Of a DNA stretch of 64,000 nucleotides, positions 18,456 through 26,524 are shown piece by piece. Source of the DNA: a virus. The first letter of the stretch is position 1; every line of letters starts with the position of its first letter. The notes beneath the pieces are model-generated. The model worked only from the letters and a program-made list of their open reading frames with translations. It was not told the DNA's origin and did not search any database. Made by a program: the position numbers and the translations under genes. The stretch spans positions 25,773 to 89,772 of IMG/VR virus record IMGVR_UViG_2645727704_000002, one strand, 5' to 3'.

Positions 18456-19196
18456 ATGGGCATCAAGTTGGTTTCACCGGGCGCACTGGCGCCTTGGTAC
18501 ACGAAGGTAATTCCACCAGTATCCCGGGGCCTTGAGGGTTGGTTCTGCTTCGACACTTCTCTGGATCGAATCGGCTACAACCGTGCTTCTGGCAAGGCCA
18601 ATGCGAGGCTGGTGGGGGTTCCATCAGTATTCAGCACGCATGCCAGGTTCAAGGGTGGGGTCAACTTCCTTGAAACGGCTATCGCGGAAACTGAAGAATT
18701 CACGGTGATCGTAGTCGGCAAGTCAGCCGGGCCTCTCGGTGGTACAGGTACCGCCACGGCGGTACCTTACGTGGGCAACTATGCAGGGGCATCGCCTGGA
18801 TTGGCGGGCGGATTGCAGCTCTACCACATCAGCGACACGACGCTCACTGGGCAGGCGAACCGTCTCAATTCAACGGGTGATGGTTCGACCAGCGCGCAAT
18901 CGCAAATCTCGGATGTGGCCGCTAACTGGGGGATTCGTTGTCTTCGATCTTCGGGGTCAGGGGGCAACCAGACCTGGAACCTGACCACAGGCGTGAGGGG
19001 TAATCAGCAACTGGCCACGAAGCGACTCCTTGCCTCAGTCCCTTTGCGGATCGGCGGCACCTATGCCTCGACATTCGGCGGAGAGTCGGACGTAAGTCAC
19101 GTGGCGGTATATTCCGTGGCACTGAGCGACGATGAGATCACGGTCGTTGCTGCCGCCATGCGTAAAAGGATGGCGCGGCTTGGCGTGATCGTCTAA
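18456..19196 (+). CDS. Tail spike accessory protein (beta-sandwich, LamG-like)
   Basis: Follows spike; LRIGG...GESDVSHVAVYSVALSDDEI C-terminus. Confidence 0.55.
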   Translation: MGIKLVSPGALAPWYTKVIPPVSRGLEGWFCFDTSLDRIGYNRASGKANARLVGVPSVFSTHARFKGGVNFLETAIAETEEFTVIVVGKSAGPLGGTGTATAVPYVGNYAGASPGLAGGLQLYHISDTTLTGQANRLNSTGDGSTSAQSQISDVAANWGIRCLRSSGSGGNQTWNLTTGVRGNQQLATKRLLASVPLRIGGTYASTFGGESDVSHVAVYSVALSDDEITVVAAAMRKRMARLGVIV

Positions 19197-19300
19197 GTCG
19201 ACGCTGAACGCGCAAGTTCCCGGCCGCCTCGAGCGGTTTTTTTGTGCCTGCAATCCGAATAGCCCGCCCAGCGCGGGCTTTTTCACGCCTGGAGAAACCC

Positions 19301-19840
19301 ATGCCACGAATCTCTGCTGCCGACGCCGGCGGCATCAACGTGCTCGCTTTCCTCGACATGCTCGCCTGGTCGGAAGGCACCTCAACCATCAAGGCCAGCG
19401 ACGACGGCTACAACGTCCTGGTGGGCGGCACGCTGTTCACCGACTACAGCCAGCACCCGCGCGTGCTGGTACCGCTGCCGCGCTACGGCATCAAGTCGAC
19501 GGCTGCCGGTCGCTACCAGTTCCTGGCCCCCACCTGGGATGCCATCGTCAAGAACTACGGTTTCAAGGGCCGCTTCATCCCAGAAGCCCAAGACCTGGCC
19601 GCGATCAAGCTGCTGACCGAATGTGGCGCGCTGCCGCTGATCAAGGCCGGGCGGATCAGTGACGCGATCGCCAGGGCTGCGCCGATCTGGGCCAGCCTGC
19701 CTGGCGCCGGATACGGCCAGCGCGAGCACAAGCTGGCGGCGCTGCTGGGGATCTACGAAAGCGAGCGTGCCGCCGATGCCAAGCCGGCTGGTGACCTTCT
19801 GTCGATGTACGCCGCGTGCGGTGGCGAGGCCGTAGCGTGA
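19301..19840 (+). CDS. Endolysin (lambda R-like lytic transglycosylase)
   Basis: AFLDMLAWSEGT, STAAGRYQFL, QDLAAI, WASLPGAGYGQ motifs. Confidence 0.92.
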   Translation: MPRISAADAGGINVLAFLDMLAWSEGTSTIKASDDGYNVLVGGTLFTDYSQHPRVLVPLPRYGIKSTAAGRYQFLAPTWDAIVKNYGFKGRFIPEAQDLAAIKLLTECGALPLIKAGRISDAIARAAPIWASLPGAGYGQREHKLAALLGIYESERAADAKPAGDLLSMYAACGGEAVA

Positions 19841-20370
19841 TCGGCGCGCCGCTGATTCCAAGGGCTGTTCCTGCCTGGGTCTGGTGGCTGGCCGTCCTGC
19901 TGCTGGTCGCCGGCGGGCAGCAATACCGGCTGGTGCTGGCGCAGCGTGACGCCGGCGCGGCGCGTGCCGACTTGGCCGACTACCGACTGCTGGTTGCCGA
20001 GCGCGATCAGCACGCCGCGGCCCAGGCCAGAACAGAAGAGCAGCGCCGCCAGCAGGTGGCTGATCGGGAGGGTGAGAATGCACGTCAGAAACTGGAGGCG
20101 GTTGCCGGCCGCGCCGCTACTGCTGAGTCTGCTGCTGACGGCCTGCGCGGGGAAATCGCCCGACTGCGCGCCGGGCGAAGCGCAACCTGCGGTGCCATCG
20201 CTGCCCAGCAGCGCCAGGCAGAAACCTCTGCCGTCGTGGTGCTCGGGGGACTGCTTGAAGAAGCTGACCGAATGGCGGGAAGCCTCGCGGCAGCGCTTGA
20301 GCGAAGCCGAGTAGCAGGCATGGCCTGTGAACGTGTGATCGATGGAATTCGGCCTGCCGCTGAGCGGTAA
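19837..20370 (+). CDS. Inner-membrane spanin (Rz-like, DUF2514-like)
   Basis: GTG overlapping endolysin stop; N-terminal TM then coiled coil. Confidence 0.8.
   Translation: MIGAPLIPRAVPAWVWWLAVLLLVAGGQQYRLVLAQRDAGAARADLADYRLLVAERDQHAAAQARTEEQRRQQVADREGENARQKLEAVAGRAATAESAADGLRGEIARLRAGRSATCGAIAAQQRQAETSAVVVLGGLLEEADRMAGSLAAALERSRVAGMACERVIDGIRPAAER
20078..20314 (+). CDS. Outer-membrane spanin lipoprotein (Rz1-like) nested in Rz
   Basis: RBS GGGAGG; signal peptide with lipobox LLTAC; Pro-rich mature part; +1 frame inside Rz. Confidence 0.78.
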   Translation: MHVRNWRRLPAAPLLLSLLLTACAGKSPDCAPGEAQPAVPSLPSSARQKPLPSWCSGDCLKKLTEWREASRQRLSEAE

Positions 20371-20401
20371 TTGTCGGGTGGCCGAAATACTGGCTAGGAT
20401 A

Positions 20402-20417
20402 CTGTTCGCATATACAG
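20402..20417. promoter_or_regulatory. LexA (SOS) box
   Basis: CTGTTCGCATATACAG matches CTGT-N8-ACAG, 14 bp before ORF 20431. Confidence 0.8.
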
Positions 20418-20430
20418 TATTTGGTGCCCT

Positions 20431-20727
20431 ATGTATTTCTTTGTCGTGCGCCGTCGCTCTCACGGCGCGGCACTGTCCTCTGAGCAATTGCGCCAGCAAA
20501 CCCCCATTCGCGCTGACGTCCACATCGGAGAGCATCAGAGCGAACTGCTGGGCCGCGTGTCGACACAGGCCTGGGTCTTCAGTCCAGCGCCTGGCGCCGA
20601 CGTGATACCTCGGCTGCACGATGCGAAGATCACCGGCATGGCCCAGCAGGGCATGAACATCAGCGGCGTTGAGGAAATCGACGGGGTGCTGTACGCCCAG
20701 TCGTGGTGGTGCAGGGTGGACTCATGA
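20431..20727 (+). CDS. Hypothetical protein, SOS-boxed
   Basis: 98-aa ORF directly after LexA box. Confidence 0.65.
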   Translation: MYFFVVRRRSHGAALSSEQLRQQTPIRADVHIGEHQSELLGRVSTQAWVFSPAPGADVIPRLHDAKITGMAQQGMNISGVEEIDGVLYAQSWWCRVDS

Positions 20728-21071
20728 ACCGAATCCCTACGGCGTGGATGCACGAACTGGATGACGAAGGTGCCTTCCTGATCGACCCTGAGGGCCGCGA
20801 AGCAGTGCTCAGCGAAATGGCGCTTGCGGCGCACCGGGCCGGCCGCATCGATGCCTGCGTTCTTGCCGACATGCTGGAGCTGGCAGAGGCGGGCAGGCTA
20901 TGGGCGATGGAGGACTTGGAAACAGTTTTTCCGATGCCTGCTGGTGCTGAGCAACAAGACGGGTGGGGTGTACCGCTTTCCAGGACGGAGCGCGGCGAGC
21001 CTGTACGAGTCTCGGGCGGGTGGCGAGACTTGGATATTCCAGTGGTGGGCAATGTCTTCGACATAGGGTGA
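20724..21071 (+). CDS. Hypothetical protein
   Basis: ATGA overlap with previous stop. Confidence 0.55.
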   Translation: MNRIPTAWMHELDDEGAFLIDPEGREAVLSEMALAAHRAGRIDACVLADMLELAEAGRLWAMEDLETVFPMPAGAEQQDGWGVPLSRTERGEPVRVSGGWRDLDIPVVGNVFDIG

Positions 21072-21196
21072 TCGCTCTTTGTCACGCTCGCTATGCGCAC
21101 AATCCAGAATACCGAGTCCGGCACCTGGCCGAATGCGACGACTTCGAAGTCTGGGGTGTGGTCAGGTATAGCGTGAGGGATCATGCGAAGGATTAA
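21071..21196 (+). pseudogene. C-terminal remnant of a UmuD/RulA-like S24 peptidase gene
   Basis: HNPEYRVRHLAECDDFEVWGVVRYSVRDH resembles the NP.Y....I.E.D.F.IWGVV C-terminus; no N-terminal half or catalytic Ser visible. Confidence 0.5.
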
Positions 21197-21201
21197 GGCG
21201 C

Positions 21202-21231
21202 TGGGACAAAACTGGGACACCGAATGTCCCA
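21202..21231. repeat. Putative integrase arm-type sites of prophage 1
   Basis: TGGGACA at 21202 and 21213, inverted TGTCCCA at 21225. Confidence 0.55.
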
Positions 21232-21324
21232 AACATCGGTGAATCAAGAGTCAGCATTTTTAGGCAAAATCCAGTCAATTCGGGGGCTTGCGGCAAATAA
21301 CCCCGAAAACATTGAGGCCCAGAC

Positions 21325-21372
21325 CGGATTGCAAATCCGTCTACGCCGGTTCGATTCCGACCTCGGCCTCCA
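21325..21372 (+). pseudogene. 3' half of tRNA-Cys(GCA); att core at the junction of the two prophages
   Basis: CGGATTGCAAATCCG anticodon arm, GGTTCGATTCC T-arm, ends in CCA; acceptor 5' strand and D-arm absent. Confidence 0.88.
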
Positions 21373-21378
21373 TATTTG

Positions 21379-21416
21379 AAAGCCCCGCAGATTCAGGTCT
21401 GCGGGGTTTTTCTTTT
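21379..21416 (+). terminator. Intrinsic terminator after tRNA fragment
   Basis: CCCCGCAGA/TCTGCGGGG stem plus T-rich tail. Confidence 0.75.
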
Positions 21417-21433
21417 GCGTAGAAAAAACCAGC

Positions 21434-21467
21434 AGTTCCGAAACTTTTGGGCGGGAGTTCCGAAACT
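21434..21467. repeat. Putative integrase arm-type sites of prophage 2
   Basis: 12-bp direct repeat AGTTCCGAAACT at 21434 and 21456, next to int stop. Confidence 0.6.
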
Positions 21468-21470
21468 CCG

Positions 21471-22520
21471 TCACTTTGTGGGGCTGGCGATCGCCCCCAC
21501 GCGGCGGTAGACCCGCTCTGTGATTCCTTCCTTGGAATGACCCAGCAGCAGGCTGGCCTCGGCCACATCGTTGATTTCAGAAGCGGCTTTGGGGCGGATG
21601 TCCCTGAATTGGAACTGGGCTATGCGCGCTGCCAGCTCAGAGTTCTTTGAGCCGATAGCTTTTAGCCGTGCGGCCTCTCGTGCCTCGCTCCATCGATTTC
21701 GCAGCATGCCCCAGCTCATCCGTTTCCCGTGTTCGTTCAGGATGAAGAATGACGAAGCATGCTGCTGCGTGCGCAGCTTGATGCGTTCCAGCAGCGTGCC
21801 GAGGCTGTTGTTCACACCGTTCAATTCCAGGATGATCCTGAGCCGTTTGCCAGTCTTGCCTTGGCTTACCAGCAGATAGCTTCCTTCCACATCATCCTTG
21901 CGCATTGACAGTACGTCCGAGGGCCGCTGGCCAGTCAGATACGCCAAGTCCATCGCATCCCTCAGCTCCTCCGGAGCCTCCTCATACACTGCGAGCCAAA
22001 CGGTCTCATTGGCATAAAAGTCGCGCGGCTTCTCTTTGTTCTTTTTGATGCCTAGGCAAGGATTTTCTTTCACCGTCAGTCCCCATTCCCTGGCCGTGTT
22101 GAACACGTGCGAGAGCAGGGCTATTTCCCGATTCGCACGGGTCTTGGCTGAGCGGGAGTCGCGGTAGTGAGCGATCATCGATGGGGTGATTGCATCGATG
22201 GGCGCAAGGTCGAACACCGTCCGAAGCTGCTTGAGCTCGTAGACGTTGTCTTTCTGGGTTCTGGGGGCCTTCTTCGGGATGATGTGCTTTTCGTACTGGT
22301 CGAAAATTCCTTTCATGGTCGTCAGCTCGACCGGAGCAGACTTTGCTTCCAATTCAGCCCACTTGAGCTTGGCTTTGGGCAGGTCGGTGCCGAGAGGGAT
22401 TTCCTTGCCCACTTGGTCGCGGTAGTAATACCCGACCCACACTTTGCCGCTTTTTCTGACTCGCTTTCGCCGGTACATACCCGGCGGCAGATCGCGGTTC
22501 TCTGTACTTCTGGGGCGCAT
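21471..22520 (-). CDS. int: Tyrosine integrase
   Basis: LTGQRPSD (Arg), KTG, FRDIR, LLGH, VY catalytic motifs; adjacent to att. Confidence 0.93.
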   Translation of the reverse strand: MRPRSTENRDLPPGMYRRKRVRKSGKVWVGYYYRDQVGKEIPLGTDLPKAKLKWAELEAKSAPVELTTMKGIFDQYEKHIIPKKAPRTQKDNVYELKQLRTVFDLAPIDAITPSMIAHYRDSRSAKTRANREIALLSHVFNTAREWGLTVKENPCLGIKKNKEKPRDFYANETVWLAVYEEAPEELRDAMDLAYLTGQRPSDVLSMRKDDVEGSYLLVSQGKTGKRLRIILELNGVNNSLGTLLERIKLRTQQHASSFFILNEHGKRMSWGMLRNRWSEAREAARLKAIGSKNSELAARIAQFQFRDIRPKAASEINDVAEASLLLGHSKEGITERVYRRVGAIASPTK

Positions 22521-22521
22521 T

Positions 22522-22767
22522 TCACTTCACTCGTGAGAAGTCTGGTGTCCAGGTGGGCTTGGGCGGTGAGTGCGGGGTCACAGTCATCAGCTCGACGACG
22601 GCGCCGCTCAGCTTGAGGCGTGCGTACTGCCGGCCTACAAGAGGTCGACCACCGCGGCTCTCAACGAAATGCCAACCGTGAGAGCTCAACCAGCGGCGCT
22701 GATAAGCACGGGGCTTGTAGCCGGTGATCTCAACCAGCTCGTCATCCGATAGGGTTTCGGTTTCCAT
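22522..22767 (-). CDS. Excisionase-like protein (DUF4224-like)
   Basis: LSDDELVEITGYK...QRRWL winged-helix pattern immediately upstream of int. Confidence 0.75.
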   Translation of the reverse strand: METETLSDDELVEITGYKPRAYQRRWLSSHGWHFVESRGGRPLVGRQYARLKLSGAVVELMTVTPHSPPKPTWTPDFSRVK

Positions 22768-22792
22768 GGGTAATTCTCCATGTGGCTAGTGG

Positions 22793-23290
22793 TCAGGCTG
22801 GGATTTTTGCAAGTGCTGCATCTGCAACCCTGAGCACTGCCTGGGCACAGTCGACATAGGCCGGGTCGAAGCCACCGGCGTAGTGGATGACGCGCTGGCA
22901 GGCATCAAGCTCTTTGCGTGCCAGGCGCAGCGCCTGCACCAGTTCCTCCTGCAGCTCGCCCTCAGCCCGGCCAATGTCCCAGAAGCGCTGGCACCAATGG
23001 CCTTCGGGCGGCGGGGTGCCGTTCTGCTTGCCGCCCACCATCGCGCCGACAGCCACATCGCAGACCCCGCGCTTGTAGCTGTTGTCGCCATCCAGGCTGA
23101 GACCGCCGCGCCGCCGCAGCGTGTTCACGACCTCGTCAGCTTCGACGCCCGGGCCTTTCAGCAGGATGTCCTGCTCTGGCTCGTCAGGCACGTAGATGAT
23201 CAGCGACAGCTTCGCCGTCTGCGGGAGGTGCTCGCTGATTGTCACCAGCGCATCGTTGGCGACTTCATGGAATCGGTTTATTGCGGACAT
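22793..23290 (-). CDS. Hypothetical phage protein
   Basis: 165-aa ORF, RBS GAGGA. Confidence 0.7.
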   Translation of the reverse strand: MSAINRFHEVANDALVTISEHLPQTAKLSLIIYVPDEPEQDILLKGPGVEADEVVNTLRRRGGLSLDGDNSYKRGVCDVAVGAMVGGKQNGTPPPEGHWCQRFWDIGRAEGELQEELVQALRLARKELDACQRVIHYAGGFDPAYVDCAQAVLRVADAALAKIPA

Positions 23291-23341
23291 AGGAAATCCT
23301 CGCCCGCGCGCATCGGCGGGCTTGAGTAGTAGGGGAAGGGG

Positions 23342-23542
23342 TTAAGCTTCGGTGATTGGCGCGGGGATGGCCTGGGCCTTCCACTCTTGGTCGATCTTCC
23401 AGGCGATACAGGGCGGCTCGATCCTGCTTTTGTAGCCACCGAGCCAGTAGTGGCCGCTGTGCTTCGATGCTCCGCAGACGCTGCAGGTGTGCCAGCTACC
23501 GAAGCCCCGAGCAGAGAACGGTTGGTACTGGTGGTTGCTCAC
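23342..23542 (-). CDS. Small Cys/His-rich hypothetical protein
   Basis: GTG overlapping upstream stop; HTCSVCG...PPC. Confidence 0.55.
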   Translation of the reverse strand: MSNHQYQPFSARGFGSWHTCSVCGASKHSGHYWLGGYKSRIEPPCIAWKIDQEWKAQAIPAPITEA

Positions 23543-23937
23543 GGCATCAGCTCCTTCGGCACCTGGACATGGCTGCCCAGCTTGCTCTCCACCAGCGAAC
23601 GGCAGAACGCGACCAGCGCCGTCGGCCCATAGTGCCAGCGCACCGTGTTGCCAGGCCCGGCCCAGTAGCAGGTGTCGGTGCCGCCCATGTAGGCGTTCCA
23701 CTGGCAGCCGCCGCGGTGCTTGTCGATCAGTGGTCCGCCATGTACCCAGCTGGTAGAGGGCCGGTAGCCATAGCCCAAGGCGGCGCCGCGGGCGGTGCAA
23801 CTGCTCGGCTCACCCTGGGGGCTGATGATGCAGGTGTGATCCTCGCTGTCCTGGGTGTAGCCCTCGGCCATGGCCACCGCCCAATCCAGCGCTGCACCGG
23901 TGAGGTTGGATGCCCTGACGCTGATTGTGTCGGTCAT
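23539..23937 (-). CDS. NinX / DUF2591-like protein
   Basis: LTGAALDWAVA and YRPSTSWVHGGPLI motifs. Confidence 0.75.
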   Translation of the reverse strand: MTDTISVRASNLTGAALDWAVAMAEGYTQDSEDHTCIISPQGEPSSCTARGAALGYGYRPSTSWVHGGPLIDKHRGGCQWNAYMGGTDTCYWAGPGNTVRWHYGPTALVAFCRSLVESKLGSHVQVPKELMP

Positions 23938-24179
23938 GGCTGCACCTTGCGGATCGATGGGAAGGGGTATGACTCGGGTTTGTTTCCGTGGAAGCAAGCG
24001 ATCCACTCGCCATAATCGGGGGTCCACTGCCGGCCGCACTCGGTCTGCACGTAGCGTTTAGCGACCTTGCTGATTTTCTGGATGCCCATGCTATTGAAGT
24101 TTCGATCCAGGCACTCGACCTCATCGCCAACAGCCAGGGCCGGGAGTCTCTCGCTGACTTTGTATGTAAGCTCGCTCAC
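23934..24179 (-). CDS. Hypothetical protein
   Basis: 81-aa ORF coupled to neighbours. Confidence 0.6.
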   Translation of the reverse strand: MSELTYKVSERLPALAVGDEVECLDRNFNSMGIQKISKVAKRYVQTECGRQWTPDYGEWIACFHGNKPESYPFPSIRKVQP

Positions 24180-24451
24180 AGCTCATACCTCTCGGTGAAG
24201 TTTCTGTTGCCGCGCGTACTCGTCGGCATTGGCTTCGCAGGCGATACCCTGGCAGCCATGCTCATGGCAGGTTGTCAGGTTGCAAGCCTTGCGAAACCCG
24301 CTGCCGCCGCACATTCCGCAGTCACCTTGGCGGTGATCAGGGCAGGGATATATCTCCCATGCCCTGCGCCATTTCTCATGAGGTCCCAGCATTCCGGCGC
24401 CGGCGTCTGGTACCAGTGCAGTCGATGTTCGACTCACAGCTCATACCTCTC
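24175..24451. repeat. 19-bp direct repeat flanking the 24183-24437 gene
   Basis: CTCACAGCTCATACCTCTC at 24175-24193 and 24433-24451. Confidence 0.85.
24183..24437 (-). CDS. Cys-rich hypothetical protein
   Basis: 84 aa, several CxxC-like pairs. Confidence 0.55.
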   Translation of the reverse strand: MSRTSTALVPDAGAGMLGPHEKWRRAWEIYPCPDHRQGDCGMCGGSGFRKACNLTTCHEHGCQGIACEANADEYARQQKLHREV

Positions 24452-24730
24452 ATCAATCCAGCGCCCAGGCGCCAGTGCGGGTGTAGGTTCGGGTTGTTGT
24501 TCGTGCGGGGAGAGCTGGCGCTCGTCATGCGCACTGCCATCGCAAGGCCAGTCGGTGCCTCGGCCACAGGTGGGCGCCTTGAGCTGGCTGTCGGGGATGC
24601 AGCTGATGCCGACGTGGTTGAGGATGTAGCAGGTGACACCGCGCTGGCTGTCGTGCTGCACATCGATGACGTTCTCGGTTGCGCAGGCGCCGGTGGCCAG
24701 TAGCAGGAGGCAGAGGGCGAGGCGGGTCAT
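24434..24730 (-). CDS. Small exported / lipoprotein-like phage protein
   Basis: MTRLALCLLLLATGAC leader; HDSQRGVTCY..ISCIP motif. Confidence 0.65.
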   Translation of the reverse strand: MTRLALCLLLLATGACATENVIDVQHDSQRGVTCYILNHVGISCIPDSQLKAPTCGRGTDWPCDGSAHDERQLSPHEQQPEPTPALAPGRWIDERYEL

Positions 24731-25374
24731 GGCTGGATCCTCTTGAACTCGACGACCCAGACCCAAGGGTTCACTTCCCATGATTCGGCGCCGTTGATGC
24801 CGGTCCAAAGCAGCTCGAACGACTTGCGGGGATCTGAGCTGTAGGTCTCGATGCCCTCGACGTGCCACCAGTCGCCAAGCTCGGCATGATCGGTGTAAAG
24901 GCGAACTCCCTCGGCCTTGGCCTGATCTTCGGTGATGTGCTGCAATCGCTCGACACGCACGTCGGTGATCTCCAGCAGGATACGGCTGGCCCAGCGCGGC
25001 ATGTGGATCGATGGACGGCCGCGACCTTGAGAGATCATGGCGCAGCCGGTCTGTCGTACGCTGCCATCTGCTGGGTAGGCGATCGGCTCGCCGTGGCTCA
25101 GATCGCGCGGCGTGATCGAGTCGACCTGAGCATCGGCCGCCCACGCCTCACGCACCCACAGGCGGTCGCCAGGTCGGCCATATGGGCATTCGGGGTTGCG
25201 CTTGGCCGGGTCGGGGTGGCGTATGAATGGCTGGCCGACGCCATAGCTGCCGATGTCGCCCTTTGAGCGGGGCTGAATCCTCGCCGGACGTCGTGTTACC
25301 GTTTTGCGGCCGTCCAGGATGGCACGCACCATCGGCGCGCTGAACAGGATCGGGCGTTCCTTTGCTTGAGACAT
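24727..25374 (-). CDS. ASCH-like phage protein
   Basis: ERPILFSAPMVRAILDGRKTVTRR, GDRLWVRE, PSIHMPRWASRI, NPWVWVVEF. Confidence 0.75.
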   Translation of the reverse strand: MSQAKERPILFSAPMVRAILDGRKTVTRRPARIQPRSKGDIGSYGVGQPFIRHPDPAKRNPECPYGRPGDRLWVREAWAADAQVDSITPRDLSHGEPIAYPADGSVRQTGCAMISQGRGRPSIHMPRWASRILLEITDVRVERLQHITEDQAKAEGVRLYTDHAELGDWWHVEGIETYSSDPRKSFELLWTGINGAESWEVNPWVWVVEFKRIQP

Positions 25375-25439
25375 AGCTTCGCCTTTGCCGCCATATCGCG
25401 GCAGTGAATAGAGGGGAGAGGGGTTACAGCGGGGTGGGG

Positions 25440-26516
25440 TTACGGCTTGCGATCTGGATACACGCCTGGCAGCGGCCCGAACTGCGGCTTGCTGGTCTGC
25501 TTGGCCCTGATCTGTTCTACCTTCGTCCAAATGCGTGCCAGTTCAGTTTCGGCGAGCTGATGCATGTCCAAGCCATTCGCCAGGCAGAGAGCAGCCAGCG
25601 TGACCATCACGCCACCAACCTCCTGGGCCGGCTCGCCGACCGCGCGCCCGAACACGTAGTCGACCAGCTGATGAGCCTCGTCAGCGGTGGCGCCTAGCGC
25701 CTGGACCAGTTCCAGCGCTTCCTCAAGGAATCGGTGATTTCGCTCTTCCCGGTCGCCGGCGATCATCTCGCCGAAGCATTCCATGAGCCAGGGCTGGACG
25801 CGGGACTGGAACCAGACCGCCGAGCTCGGCTCTGCGCTGGCGGATAGGGCGTTTCGCGCGACAGTGCCATCCTCGATGAAATCTGGCTCGTCGCCGCACC
25901 AGAGAATGTTCAGCGGCTCACCGCTCACCGTGTCCCAATTGCTGCTTTCGAAGTGGAAGTGCTCGCGGTCGGCATAAAACTGGAGCGCCGCGCTCAAACG
26001 AGTGAGCAGAGCCTGGAGTCGATTAATATGGTCGTCATACTGCGATGCCAGAACAACAGTCCAAGGCGCACTGACGCTGCTGATGGCGTCGACACCTGGG
26101 CGCTTGAGACGCGTGGCGGTGTAATACTCGACCGGCTCACCCTGGTGTTGCTGGATTGTCTCAGCACCTTCTGCCAGCTTGATCGGCATCCCCAGTTGCT
26201 GGGCGATCGCCACTTCGAGGTTAGCTCCCTTCGACTTTGACCAGCCTGGAAGAAGCATGATCATCTCGCAGGTCGCCAGCCTGGCAATGTCGTATCTCAG
26301 GTAGTCGGCCCACTCAGCCCCTGGCACCACCCCGTGCTCGGCGGGGTTCTCAACATGCCAGCCAGCAGAGCGCATTAGATCAGCGGCAGCGTTGAAGGCG
26401 GGGAAGTTGAAGTCGGGCAAGCCGGTCATGGGCCCGGCGATGTAGACGCGCAACTCGCGGTCTTGGGTGAGCTGTATGGCGCGCGCTTCTGCGCTGGATC
26501 GGTTTTCTGTGGGCAT
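25440..26516 (-). CDS. DUF4406-like domain fused to MazG-like nucleotide pyrophosphohydrolase domain
   Basis: VYIAGPMTGLPDFNFPAF...GANLEVAIA; RFLEEALELVQ...EVGGVMVTL. Confidence 0.7.
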   Translation of the reverse strand: MPTENRSSAEARAIQLTQDRELRVYIAGPMTGLPDFNFPAFNAAADLMRSAGWHVENPAEHGVVPGAEWADYLRYDIARLATCEMIMLLPGWSKSKGANLEVAIAQQLGMPIKLAEGAETIQQHQGEPVEYYTATRLKRPGVDAISSVSAPWTVVLASQYDDHINRLQALLTRLSAALQFYADREHFHFESSNWDTVSGEPLNILWCGDEPDFIEDGTVARNALSASAEPSSAVWFQSRVQPWLMECFGEMIAGDREERNHRFLEEALELVQALGATADEAHQLVDYVFGRAVGEPAQEVGGVMVTLAALCLANGLDMHQLAETELARIWTKVEQIRAKQTSKPQFGPLPGVYPDRKP

Positions 26517-26524
26517 GGGATACC

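Larger units (their letters stand above)
1..21372 (+). mobile_element. Prophage 1 (siphovirus-type temperate phage), right part; left end lies outside the window
   Basis: Colinear portal-head-tail-tip-spike-lysis genes on + strand ending at a tRNA-Cys 3' fragment (att). Confidence 0.93.

Noticed and set aside
19196-19300. Holin for prophage 1 next to the endolysin
   Set aside because: Gap holds only two terminator-like hairpins; the holin probably lies upstream of the terminase outside the window, as in prophage 2.
21301-21372. Intact tRNA-Cys gene
   Set aside because: Only the anticodon arm to CCA is present; upstream bases cannot form the D-arm or pair with the acceptor strand.
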